A stretch of DNA of 52,488 nucleotides from an uncultured Cytophagia bacterium (GCA_964647995.1 CAZYNP010000032.1:1-52488); one strand, 5' to 3'. Shown: positions 39,601 to 48,170, numbered from the stretch's first letter. Numbers and translations: made by a program. Notes: generated by a model from the sequence alone, not told the origin.

Positions 39601-40298
39601 GCCAGCTACTGGCGCTGGGAAATCCACATTTCGGCAAATTCAGCGGGCGGGAAATGCGCGCAGTCAGCGACACCTCTGCCGAAAGTATACGCATACACTT
39701 AGCAACGGGAGGAGTTCTGGCAGCGCTACTGCACCCATTACCTCAATCAGAAGTGGAAGTCGATAGCATCGCCAAACTACTGCAGCCTTCTTTGGTTTAT
39801 AAAGGAGCGGATGCAAAAGAAGAATATTTCAAACATAATGCCGCTGCCTATCAATTCATTCATATCGCATCGCATGGCTTTGCCGATGAACAGCAACCGC
39901 TTTATTCGCATGTCATCCTGGCACAAGATGACGACCCTACCGAAGACGGATTCCTCTATGCCCATGAAGTTTTCAATATTTCGCTCAATGCTGAGTTGGT
40001 GACGCTTAGTGCTTGTGAAACCGGGCTGGGAAAATTTGTCTGCGGTGAAGGATTGACCGGCTTAACGCAAGCCTTTCTATATGCGGGCGCTCCATCATTG
40101 CTGGTCAGTTTATGGAGCGTGGACGAATCCACTTCTCTCATCATGAAAGAGTTTTATAAAAATTTGAAAGATGGTATGTCCAAAACTGCAGCACTGCGAC
40201 AAGCAAAATTGAAATTAATTCGCACACGGGAATCTAGATTTTCATTTGCCCATCCCTTCTTATGGGCACCGTTCGTGTTAGTTGGAGAATGGAAATAG
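36603..40298 (+). CDS. TPR-repeat + CHAT-domain (caspase-like peptidase) protein with N-terminal signal/anchor
   Basis: AAAGGAG ribosome-binding site. The N-terminus is 'LLAAIVFGIGLSLLLLV'. More than 12 TPR-like repeats are present ('EGECRAMGNIGNVF', 'AKSLSNLATRF' and others). The C-terminal CHAT domain has a His/Cys dyad context 'FIHIASHGF' and 'LVTLSACETGLG'. Confidence 0.8.
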   Translation: MNKSNLLAAIVFGIGLSLLLLVDYIWAQQSLSQQDFENQIMRTLEKQDSTKLNILVRDHPFKLFPIITKLLDNYISEILGGQVDKAQQHLRKAETIARLYQKMYKQDAFTDRLERYQGWSREQMEKKVFVDTLLSQGRGAALQSEFEVAQKAFKEALVISQQIGYLEGECRAMGNIGNVFDEIGRHDSALVYIQSSLQLDQKLADKPGEAKSLSNLATRFWVLHQFADAIRTFKEALALAREVGDRYQEGIVLGNMGATYLTMGNLDSAVTLLEQSLLLAHETKNQIDVGVRLGNLGNLYYKKGDPEKALEYWEQALAIHKKMNNQKDMVIVKVNIGIMNEQFGRIDQAIKYLKEAAETARHIKVFALEVSALRRIVRLQRLIGEHEKCLATLSQILEIQVANGDSVGVCGTLLSLGITHSEISNYNEAEACYNRALNIAKTVDDPEPLLSCHINLGSLYHARSDHARALDADFKALKIARVSKTVDAEITCYNNIGVVYSDLGDIEKSIYYHQQALALNEKIKNKQGIADSKLNLGANYLNWDRLSKADQLQKSRQCFEEALVLCRQTGNKRVAAMCLMNLATIYKLTGNSSKALELLHQAIAIQDTLQDRSYQGVSFYLLAGIFQQLKNDSAAFDNYQKSLTKAQQLGIPGDIWQPQYQIGLILEKQGRENQALTYYTNAINTIESIRSRLQLESFKVGFMENKIGVYESIIKLLVKQGRYQDAFAYSEKAKARALLDALDRSNRDITRGISAELRQQKKHLEQKIISIQEALFSERTQNQTAPDYKKLAMLEKRLLKIRNQYQALLQEIQIHHPQYGQIMGFRAPLRIQEVQQRILSPKTALIEYFVAKDQIIVWTLRPDGSHCESLPITSAELKLLVDSLRQPFRSIKEGKILELSEVNFDLALARKLYDQLIRPIEKQLVSASELIIVPDGVLHYLPFEALITELKTAESSQSVLFSQFEQAHFFIEDYAISYAPSASVLDSRLRRKKKTSPMKGQLLALGNPHFGKFSGREMRAVSDTSAESIRIHLATGGVLAALLHPLPQSEVEVDSIAKLLQPSLVYKGADAKEEYFKHNAAAYQFIHIASHGFADEQQPLYSHVILAQDDDPTEDGFLYAHEVFNISLNAELVTLSACETGLGKFVCGEGLTGLTQAFLYAGAPSLLVSLWSVDESTSLIMKEFYKNLKDGMSKTAALRQAKLKLIRTRESRFSFAHPFLWAPFVLVGEWK

Positions 40299-40451
40299 CA
40301 TAACAAGGCCTATGGTTCACAATTTGACTTTGGCTATAGCGTTCTTTGGATTTAGTCCATAACCTGGTAGCTGCTTCATTGATGCTATTAGCAATTTTAG
40401 CAACCCAATAGCAGGATCAACATATAATTAATTTGCCATTTTCACTTTCCT

Positions 40452-40480
40452 ATTGACATTGTCCCAAAAGTGCCTTATCT
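40452..40480 (+). promoter_or_regulatory. sigma-70-like promoter candidate for the SPFH gene (TTGACA-17 nt-TATCTT)
   Basis: -35 TTGACA at 40452-40457, -10 TATCTT at 40475-40480, about 80 nt upstream of the start. This assumes the organism uses a sigma-70-type consensus. Confidence 0.3.
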
Positions 40481-40562
40481 TTGCAGGCGGTGAAATCGCG
40501 TAACCAAAAAAATGATAGCTCAAAGAAAGCTAATTAGTAACCTGCCAAGTGAAGGAGGCGTT

Positions 40563-41513
40563 ATGTTCGGCTATATCATTGCATTTTTATTCGGGGTGGT
40601 TATTATTCTGTCGTTCTTGAACCAACGAGCGCGCATGAGCGGTTCTAACCTGCGAGATTTTTTGGGCGGCAAAGGCAAGCTGATTGTGGCAGGCATTTTA
40701 TTGTTGCTGGTAATTATATTGCTGTCGCAATCGATTATGGTCATCCAGGCGGGCACTGTCGGCGTGGTGAAGCGTCTGGGAGCCGTGCAGGCTGAGCTGG
40801 CACCGGGATTGCATTTCATCCTGCCGCTGATAGACCAGGTGGTGCTTTATCCCACCATTAAAAAAACGTATGAAGCCTCTGACGATCCTCAAGTTAGTCG
40901 AGCCGACTTTCCCGACATCATCATCACGGCGCTCACTTCGGACGGCCAGCAGATTCGAGTTGGCATCACTGCACGGTTCATGATTCAACCGGGCAAAGCG
41001 GCCTGGATTCTGCAGAACCTGGGCACTGAGGATGAGTACGTCGAAAAAGTGGTCAAAACCGAAATCCGGGGTTCGGGCCGTCGCGTGCCTACCAGATTCG
41101 CGGCCTACGACCTCTACACCAAGAAAAGCTACGAAGCACAACAGACGCTTTTCGATGAGGTCGCTCCCAAATTTGAAAAAAATGGACTCGTCCTGGACGA
41201 ACTGGTTTTGAGGAATATTACCTTTACTGCTGAATATGCCAAAACGCTGGAAGAAAAGCAGATCGCGCTGGAGAATATCACCACGGAAAAAAATAAGTTA
41301 GAGCAGGAAAAAATTCGCAAGGAGCAAAAGATCGTGGCCGCTGAGGGCGACGCGAAAAGCATCGAAATTCGTCAGGCTGCCTTAACGAAAAACCCAACCA
41401 TCATCCAATGGGAGTTCGTGCAAAAACTGGCACCCAATATTCAATGGGGTGTATTACCGCAAAATATGATCCCCATGATCAACTTGCAGGGCATGACCGC
41501 AGCGCCCAGATAG
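40563..41513 (+). CDS. SPFH/Band-7 (stomatin/prohibitin-like) membrane protein
   Basis: Start ATG 40563 with a GAAGGAGG ribosome-binding site. An N-terminal TM helix is followed by the SPFH domain ('GTVGVVKRLGAVQ...LTSDGQQIRV') and a C-terminal coiled coil. Confidence 0.8.
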   Translation: MFGYIIAFLFGVVIILSFLNQRARMSGSNLRDFLGGKGKLIVAGILLLLVIILLSQSIMVIQAGTVGVVKRLGAVQAELAPGLHFILPLIDQVVLYPTIKKTYEASDDPQVSRADFPDIIITALTSDGQQIRVGITARFMIQPGKAAWILQNLGTEDEYVEKVVKTEIRGSGRRVPTRFAAYDLYTKKSYEAQQTLFDEVAPKFEKNGLVLDELVLRNITFTAEYAKTLEEKQIALENITTEKNKLEQEKIRKEQKIVAAEGDAKSIEIRQAALTKNPTIIQWEFVQKLAPNIQWGVLPQNMIPMINLQGMTAAPR

Positions 41514-41675
41514 TGCTTTTCACGGCAGCGGCGCATAGGGGCAAATTGCTCGAGCAAAAATAAGCAACTGGCACTGCCACGGTTTCCGGCAAGCCGGATC
41601 ATGATCGCAATTGCTCTTGTGTGATCCTGGCCGCCATTGACGAGTCCGTTTGGGAAAAAGAGTCGGAAAACAAAG

Positions 41676-41715
41676 AAGGCGAAGTTGGAATGCGATAATT
41701 TTTCGACTTCGCCTT
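41676..41715. terminator. bidirectional terminator hairpin (AAGGCGAAGT ... ACTTCGCCTT) between convergent genes
   Basis: 10-bp perfect stem. T-rich sequence follows on the plus strand and 'CTTTGTTTTCC' follows on the minus strand. Confidence 0.45.
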
Positions 41716-41773
41716 TTCAGTTACAGCAAGTAAAACGATAATAAGCAGATCAGCCGTCACCTGTTAATTTCTC

Positions 41774-42700
41774 CTATGCCTCCGCAAGTTCGGGCAGGCC
41801 CATCAAATCCTGCTGCACTTTCAATCGCTTATGTAATTTTTCCTCATCTATTTCAAAAGCGTATTGATCAAACGCAGCGGCGACGCGATCGATATATTCT
41901 TGAGATTCGAAATATTTTTCCAGCTTGTTGCCAACGAAGAGCACCTGTTCATCGGTGAACCACTGCCACGGCCGACCGGAATTTTTTTCGATGACGCACT
42001 GCAATTCGACGGCCCAGGTCGCCTTGTACAACCCGGCCATGCGCAAATCGCGCTGCAAAGCCTGGAATTGGCCTTCCGAGAACGGATTAAAATATTTAAA
42101 TTGCCGGGAATAAAAGACGGCATTATGATAATGTTCAGGGATATTTAGCAGGCCATCGGTTTTTAGCCGCAGCGCCATATTCACGAAGATGCCCACAATT
42201 TGCCGGCCGATTTTCAAGCCGGGATAAATTTGCCCGGGCAGTGGCGGCCGGCGAGCCGTGAATTTGGCAGTGGGATCCTGCAGCGTCAACCATTCGATCA
42301 CGATCATGCTAAATTTTTGGCCGGCGATCGCGGTGGGAAAGACCGGCTTGGCAATGAAAAACTTCTTCCGCACGTACAATTCACCCAGCAGGTGGTCATT
42401 GTCCTCCTTTTCGAAATAAGCTTTCAGGGTATGGCGATACGGGTCCCGGGCATTCACCCGAATGATAAAATTGTGAAAGCCGCGGCGGTTGAGATCCTTG
42501 AAAATTCCATACTCCTCCAGCGCCTTTTTGATACCTGCCTCCGAATAGAAATTGAGGAACAAATGCGGCCGCTCTTTATCCTTCAAATCCGCTAAAATAT
42601 CCTCGGAGGAGATCAGCTTATCTGCTTCCGTAGTTCGCTGCAACTCGAAATTGGTGAGCTGCTCGTAGATGCGGCGATATTTCTTGGGTGGTTGCACCAT
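41774..42700 (-). CDS. conserved hypothetical protein (308 aa; possible acyl-CoA N-acyltransferase-like core)
   Basis: A long ORF with normal composition. 'PGLKIGRQIV' weakly resembles GNAT motif A. No confident family assignment. Confidence 0.45.
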   Translation of the reverse strand: MVQPPKKYRRIYEQLTNFELQRTTEADKLISSEDILADLKDKERPHLFLNFYSEAGIKKALEEYGIFKDLNRRGFHNFIIRVNARDPYRHTLKAYFEKEDNDHLLGELYVRKKFFIAKPVFPTAIAGQKFSMIVIEWLTLQDPTAKFTARRPPLPGQIYPGLKIGRQIVGIFVNMALRLKTDGLLNIPEHYHNAVFYSRQFKYFNPFSEGQFQALQRDLRMAGLYKATWAVELQCVIEKNSGRPWQWFTDEQVLFVGNKLEKYFESQEYIDRVAAAFDQYAFEIDEEKLHKRLKVQQDLMGLPELAEA

Positions 42701-42898
42701 AGGTCACTTCACTTGGTTTTTGAAAAAAATTATAATCTGGATTTCGACACTTCACGGTAAATTGCAATGCTTGCTGCGCAAGAACCAGGTGCAATTTTCA
42801 TTGATTCCGCGAGAGATTGAGAAATCTACTCTTAAAAGCCTTTGACTGTCCGCCGATTGGCGAGCATACCCAGAAATCGCTGGTGGTTCGAGGGCACT

Positions 42899-42922
42899 CA
42901 TAAATAAAAGGCTTATGCCTTA
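42899..42922 (-). terminator. rho-independent terminator after the AGCS transporter gene (AAGGC-ATAA-GCCTT then TTATTTA on the minus strand)
   Basis: Hairpin at 42908-42921. The downstream minus-strand tract is U-rich. Confidence 0.4.
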
Positions 42923-43027
42923 ATCCTCACTGAAATCAATGTATCAAATGGAATTGATCCCTCCCTGTGGCAGTTAGGCATCAAGATTTTTATGGTGCAG
43001 GCAGTCGACAATTACAATTGCCATATC

Positions 43028-44560
43028 TCATTTAAAAAAATTTTTCCACCGCTTTCCCTTATTTTTTTGGAAGGTCTCAGCGGTGACCCGAGAAACCACC
43101 CCGGCCAGCAAAATCAATCCGATGAGATTGGGAATGGCCATAATCGAATTAAAAATATCCCCCACATTCCAGACAATGTCCAGATATTTTCCGGTCATCA
43201 AGGCGCCGAAGAACAGCAGCGTGATAAAGACAATTCGATACGGGAGATGGGATTTTATCCCCCAAATATAACCGATGCATTGCTCGCCATAATAGGCCCA
43301 ACCCAGGAGCGTGGTATAGCCAAAGAAAAAAGAAGCCACGGCAATAATAATACCACCATAGGGGATGACCGTGTTAAATGCCTGCACGGTGAGCGCGGTG
43401 CTGGACAGGCCACCAGCAGTCAAATCATATCCCACCTGCTGCGCCATGTCGTAGACCTGTGGCGACAGCGCACCGATCTTCTCGGCCGAAAATGTCGTTC
43501 CATCTTTGATTAAATCCAGGCCACAAGCAGGCGTTAGCTTCCAGACGCCGGTGACCACCACCGTCAGGGTGGTCATGGTATTCACCAATAAGGTATCAAT
43601 AAACACACCGGTCATGCCCAGGAGACCATTGAAGGTCGGGTCTGGTGATTTGGCTGCGCTCTGGGCAATGGCTGCCGAGCCCAGCCCCGCCTCATTCGAA
43701 AGAACCCCGCGTCTAACGCCAAGGCTGATCGCTTTTTGAACCGATGTTCCTATCAGCGCTCCGCCAGCCGCCTGGATTGAAAATGCGGACTGAAAAATAA
43801 TCCTGAACGCGTCATCGAGTTGGGTAAATTTGGCCATGAGAATAAAAAGACAGCCGCCGATATAAAATAAGATCATCGTGGGCACCAACTTTTCAGAGAC
43901 AGCGCCGATCCGCTTGATCCCACCAATAATCACCAGCCCTACCAGCACAGTAATAACAACGGCACTGACGATGGTGGGCACATGAAATTGGCTTTTCCAG
44001 GCCAGAGCCATAGAGTTGGATTGCATCATGTTGCCGGTACCCAACAGCGCGGTCACTCCGCCGCAGACAGCAAAAATCATCCCCAAAGATTTGGCAATGG
44101 TTTGATTTTTGATTCCGTAACGGCAATAGTACATCGGGCCGCCGGCCATGGAGCCATCTTCAGCGACTTTGCGGAATTTCACGCCCAAGAAACATTCGGC
44201 ATATTTAGTGGCCATGCCAAACAGCGCCGAAATCCACATCCAGAACGGCGCCCCCGGACCGCCTGTGGCGATTGCTGCCGCCACGCCGGCAATATTTCCG
44301 TTACCGACCGTCGCGGCCAATGCCGTCATCAACGCCGCGAACGGGGAGATATCTCCCTGCGTGTCTTTCAAAACCTTGCTTTTCTTGCCGCCCTGAAAAA
44401 GATACTTTAGCGATAGAAAGAACTTTCGAATCTGAATGAAATTAGTCATGAGCGATAATAGGATGCCTGTGCCAACCAGCAACATGATCATCCAATTACC
44501 CCACATGAAAGTGACAACTCGGTTCGAGAGTGACAGTAATCCTTCCAAAAACTCAGTCAT
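43028..44560 (-). CDS. alanine/glycine:cation symporter (AGCS family, TC 2.A.25)
   Basis: 510 aa, polytopic. The AGCS signature region is 'GPMYYCRYGIKNQ...' with a GGPGA-type motif 'ATGGPGAPFWMWISALFG'. GGAGG ribosome-binding site. Confidence 0.85.
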   Translation of the reverse strand: MTEFLEGLLSLSNRVVTFMWGNWMIMLLVGTGILLSLMTNFIQIRKFFLSLKYLFQGGKKSKVLKDTQGDISPFAALMTALAATVGNGNIAGVAAAIATGGPGAPFWMWISALFGMATKYAECFLGVKFRKVAEDGSMAGGPMYYCRYGIKNQTIAKSLGMIFAVCGGVTALLGTGNMMQSNSMALAWKSQFHVPTIVSAVVITVLVGLVIIGGIKRIGAVSEKLVPTMILFYIGGCLFILMAKFTQLDDAFRIIFQSAFSIQAAGGALIGTSVQKAISLGVRRGVLSNEAGLGSAAIAQSAAKSPDPTFNGLLGMTGVFIDTLLVNTMTTLTVVVTGVWKLTPACGLDLIKDGTTFSAEKIGALSPQVYDMAQQVGYDLTAGGLSSTALTVQAFNTVIPYGGIIIAVASFFFGYTTLLGWAYYGEQCIGYIWGIKSHLPYRIVFITLLFFGALMTGKYLDIVWNVGDIFNSIMAIPNLIGLILLAGVVSRVTAETFQKNKGKRWKNFFK

Positions 44561-44599
44561 TCATGCCTCCTGCTCCATAAGCTGCTCCTCGTTCTCACA

Positions 44600-44770
44600 C
44601 AATATGACGGCGACCGCGGCAATTCAAGTCGCCATCTATGAAACCATCGCCGACCAACTGGCAGGTCGGACACCACGGCAATCCTTCATTCTGAAACCAT
44701 GACCATTCAGGTTCTGTTGCTCCAAATCTGTTCGCAGCATTGCTGCTGCAAACTCTCCGGGCCGGTCACA
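44600..44770 (-). promoter_or_regulatory. candidate glycine riboswitch (single aptamer) in the 5' leader of the AGCS symporter gene
   Basis: The minus-strand RNA reads CCGGAGAG-UUU-GCAGCAGCAAUGCUGC (P2-like hairpin with a GCAA loop), then GAUUUGGAGCAAC and GGUUUCAGAAUGAAGGAUUG. This resembles the GGAGAG ... GAAGGAGCAA ... CUCAGGCAAAAGGAC core of glycine aptamers. AGCS transporters are a classic glycine-riboswitch target. Confidence 0.35.
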
Positions 44771-45124
44771 AAAAAACCAAAATTGCAGCCACGAACACGC
44801 ACAAAAACCCCTTGCTGGCGCCGGCCGGCGATATTTACTATCGGCATTGATCCAGACAATTTTTCAAGCGCCATAATCGTCTGACTTGAAATCGCCAGCG
44901 CCCAAAAGAAGCATTCAATTTCATCCTGTCAGCGAAAGCTGAAAATTAAGCAACTCCATCGAGAGCGATGCCATTGGCCAGCCGCAGCGCGATTGGGCAG
45001 TGAGTCCCGCCTCAACCAATGCGGCGGTCGATGGCAACGGAAAGTCAGCTCAAATCATCGTCTCTCAGTCCGCCGGGCGCTAATCATGGATTCCTAAAAC
45101 GAAGTGGGGCTGCTCGGAACCCAT

Positions 45125-45862
45125 TCAAAACTTAGCTCGCTGCCTACGGGCTTCGCAAAAAATCAACGCCGCAGCCACGGAAGCGTTCAAAGAATTGACC
45201 CGACCGAACATGGGAATCCGAACCAGAAAATCACAGGTCTCTTTCACCAGCCGCCGCAATCCCCGGCCCTCACTGCCGATTACGATGCCCAATGGCCGGT
45301 TTAGATCGGTCTCGAAGACAGTGACGTTCGCCTCCTGGGCTGCGCCAGCCAACCAGATATTTTGGGCTTTTAGATCCTGCAGTGTTTGAACCAGATTGGT
45401 GACGCGCACAATGGGCAGATGCGCCACCGCACCGGCTGAGGTTTTGGCAACGACATCCGTTAAGCCAACGGAATGATTTTTGGTAATAATGATCCCATGA
45501 AAGCCAAACGCCTCGGCCGAGCGAATAATTGCGCCCAAATTATGCGGATCCTGAATCTCATCCAATAATGCAATCAGCGGGGATTCGTTTTTTTGCTGCG
45601 CGACCCGAAAGATATCCACCATTTCCTGGTAAGGCTGGCTGGTAAGCAAGGCGACGACACCCTGCGTTTCAGCGTGCCCCGCTAATGCGGCCAGCTTCCG
45701 CCGATCCGCTTCCCGAACAGGGATGCCTCGCTGGCGGGCAAGTTGCACGATCTTGTTATCCGCCGCATGGCTGGTGCCCGAAGCGATGAAAATCTTGTTG
45801 ATGGGTTGCCCCGCAGTTAGCGCTTCGAGCACCGGGTTTTTCCCATAAATAATATGCGCCAT
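45125..45862 (-). CDS. rlmB: 23S rRNA (guanosine-2'-O-)-methyltransferase, SpoU/TrmH family with N-terminal L30e-like substrate-binding domain (RlmB-like)
   Basis: Start at ATG 45862 (MAHIIYGKNPVLEAL). The listed longer ORF has an Arg-rich non-protein-like extension. SpoU motifs 'LDEIQDPHNLGAIIRSAEAFG' and 'VIGSEGRGL...NVSVAAALIF' are present. Confidence 0.7.
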   Translation of the reverse strand: MAHIIYGKNPVLEALTAGQPINKIFIASGTSHAADNKIVQLARQRGIPVREADRRKLAALAGHAETQGVVALLTSQPYQEMVDIFRVAQQKNESPLIALLDEIQDPHNLGAIIRSAEAFGFHGIIITKNHSVGLTDVVAKTSAGAVAHLPIVRVTNLVQTLQDLKAQNIWLAGAAQEANVTVFETDLNRPLGIVIGSEGRGLRRLVKETCDFLVRIPMFGRVNSLNASVAAALIFCEARRQRAKF

Positions 45863-46085
45863 TTTCAGAATCGAGCAGTTCGTATCAAAATAATGCGGTG
45901 AGGCTGCGGCGCGGCCAGACCCATTGAGCCAACGACCGCGCCGCAATTAAAACCGCAGATGGCCCCATTGCTCTGTAGCCAATAATTTAACCTGCCCCCG
46001 AAGAACCAGAGTCTACTTCCAATGATGTCGGCCACAATTGGGACGTTGATTGGTAATCGGGCGAATGAGTCAATACCGCTCCCGA

Positions 46086-46553
46086 TCAGCCGACTTGCTC
46101 CACCAAATAGTTCTGAATGCCCATCTGTTTGATCTGATCCTGTTGCGCTTCCAACCAATCGATATGGTTTTCTTCATCTTTGAGGATAGATTGCAGCAGT
46201 TCGCGCGTTCCATTATCCCCGACTTCGACTGCCAGGGCGATCCCGGCGTTATAGGAGAGGATGGCCTCATTTTCCGACGCCCAATCGTTTTTGTGCTGAG
46301 CCTCGACGTCGGCGCCAATGTTGATCTTTTTCAATTGGCTGACGATGGGCCTGCCTTCCAGGAACAAAATGCGCGCAATCAGCTTTTCGGCATGTTTCAT
46401 CTCGTCGATGGCACGCTTCTCATCGGCTTTATGCAACTTTTCGTAGCCCCAATTATCACACATCTCTGAGTGAACCATGTACTGGTTAATTGCAGTTAGC
46501 TCGTCCGCTAACAGGTCGTTCAACTTGTCCAGAATTTTGGCGTTGCCCTTCAT
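46086..46553 (-). CDS. bfr: bacterioferritin
   Basis: 155 aa. Ferroxidase-centre residues are present in 'ELTAINQYMVHSEM', 'EMKHAEKLI' (Met haem ligand) and 'EENHIDWLE'. Confidence 0.9.
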   Translation of the reverse strand: MKGNAKILDKLNDLLADELTAINQYMVHSEMCDNWGYEKLHKADEKRAIDEMKHAEKLIARILFLEGRPIVSQLKKINIGADVEAQHKNDWASENEAILSYNAGIALAVEVGDNGTRELLQSILKDEENHIDWLEAQQDQIKQMGIQNYLVEQVG

Positions 46554-46949
46554 TGTTATCTCCTTCTCATTTCCAGGTCAATTTTTTAGTTCAAATAGTG
46601 GTCCGCAAACTGGCATGAGATCGCCGCCATCGGCGGATCTCGCCTTCGGACTATCAAAATTGCAATTGCCGAAATATACCAAAAGTTTCATTAGAAAACA
46701 ACAGATAATTTTCCTCCGTTTGATTTTTTAGCCGCCAAACTGCTTCAGGCAACGGGAGCGACGCGCTCCCAACGCTCGCTACGCAGTTATCGGTCAGGAT
46801 CAGTGGCATGGATGAATCGCTCCGCTGGAATCAATTTTTCCTTTTACAGTTTTTTAATTAGATATTTTCCCCTGAATTTTGTAAATTGCTGGAACAATCA
46901 CCCCAGAAGTGCAGTCATAACCAGACAAACGAAAGGAATGATCAATTAC

Positions 46950-47879
46950 ATGAAACGAAAAATCATTGCTGACTTGCATAATCATACCACGGCCTCGGAT
47001 GGCGAATACAGTCCGACCGCACTGGTGGAAAAAGCGAAGGAATTGGAGCTTGAGGCAATTGGCGTCACCGATCATGACACCATCGAAGGAGTGGCCGAAG
47101 CTATTGAAGCCGGTGAGCAGTTACAAGTTCGAGTAGTCCCGGGAGTGGAAGTTTCATTGGCGTTTCGCCGGCCTTATTTTGTGGGGACCTTGCATTTGTT
47201 GCTTTATTTCTCGAAGGCCAGGTTGAATGACGAGAAATTTACCGGGATGCTCAACGAAATTTTAAGTCAGGGCCGGGGACTATCTTTGATCCAGGCCCGA
47301 GTTGAAGCCATCAATGAAGAATTTGGCCCCGAGGGCCATCATCCCATGTTGCGCCGACCGCTGCAGGTCGCTGAGCTTACGTCATACAGTCCCAATGTCA
47401 CCCGGCGGCATTTTGCCCTGGCGCTCAGCGAAAAACACGGCATTCAGCAGAAAGACCAAATCAATCAGATCATCGGCAATAATAGCCCGGCCTATATTCC
47501 CTCAGGGATCGACATTTCAAAAATAGCCCCGTTTCTGGCGCGCTATCCGGTGTTCCGCGTTCTGGCCCATCCCGCGGCCGGTTCTTTTCCAGGCGAAACC
47601 CAATACAAAGAAGTGAACCCGCCCATCGAGGTGGTGGAAAAAATGCTACCGGAATTTCTTGATCGGCAGATGGCAGGCATCGATGGCATTGAAGTTTTCT
47701 ATCCCGGCCATACGCATGAGCATCGTTTGCTGTTGCTGCAATGGGCCGAAAAATTTCGATTGATCACCACCGGCGGTTCCGACTGTCATGACCCCATCCA
47801 GCGTCCCCTCGGCATTGATGGTCTGACGCGCGATGAGCTGGAGGTGGTACTGCAAAAATTAGATCAGCAGGTGGCTTGA
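46950..47879 (+). CDS. PHP-domain phosphoesterase (YciV/TrpH-like, RNase AM family)
   Basis: Start ATG 46950 (MKRKIIADLHNHTTASDG...). The PHP motifs 'DLHNHTTASDG' and 'GVTDHDT' are present, with His-rich metal sites further on. Confidence 0.75.
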   Translation: MKRKIIADLHNHTTASDGEYSPTALVEKAKELELEAIGVTDHDTIEGVAEAIEAGEQLQVRVVPGVEVSLAFRRPYFVGTLHLLLYFSKARLNDEKFTGMLNEILSQGRGLSLIQARVEAINEEFGPEGHHPMLRRPLQVAELTSYSPNVTRRHFALALSEKHGIQQKDQINQIIGNNSPAYIPSGIDISKIAPFLARYPVFRVLAHPAAGSFPGETQYKEVNPPIEVVEKMLPEFLDRQMAGIDGIEVFYPGHTHEHRLLLLQWAEKFRLITTGGSDCHDPIQRPLGIDGLTRDELEVVLQKLDQQVA

Positions 47880-47944
47880 AGCGGGCCGTTCTGGTGCTAT
47901 CAGCGGCGCATTGACAGAATGATTGCACATGACTGATTTTTATA

Positions 47945-47966
47945 GCCTGCCAGCAGGCAATTTTTC
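47945..47966 (+). terminator. rho-independent terminator after the PHP gene (GCCTGC-CA-GCAGGC + AATTTTT)
   Basis: Short GC hairpin at 47945-47958 followed by a T5 run. Confidence 0.4.
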
Positions 47967-48061
47967 AATATCCGGAATTTCAGTTGCGATCCGAATGGAT
48001 TGGATTGCCGGGGAAAGCATGACTAACGTGGTCTGCAACTGACAAATAAATATTCTGTTCA

Positions 48062-48170
48062 GGTAAAAGATCAGTTATAGGTGGACTGACCGGTCGCTTA
48101 AAAATGAATTGCTTCCAGAATTTCAAAAAGCTTAGCGACCGGTCATTTGCTCTGTCCACTCACAAGTGAT
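48062..48170. repeat. copy A of a ~109-bp hairpin-forming interspersed repeat (contains GACCGGTC palindrome)
   Basis: About 85% identical to the two tandem copies at 52290..52488. The arms GTGGAC..TGACCGGTCGCT and AGCGACCGGTCA..GTCCAC are complementary. Intergenic, between the PHP gene and the beta-lactamase-like gene. Confidence 0.7.

Noticed and set aside
42701-43027. GGTTCGAGG sequence reminiscent of a tRNA T-loop
   Set aside because: No acceptor, D or anticodon stems can be drawn around it. It is probably just the promoter or leader region of the 41774..42700 gene.
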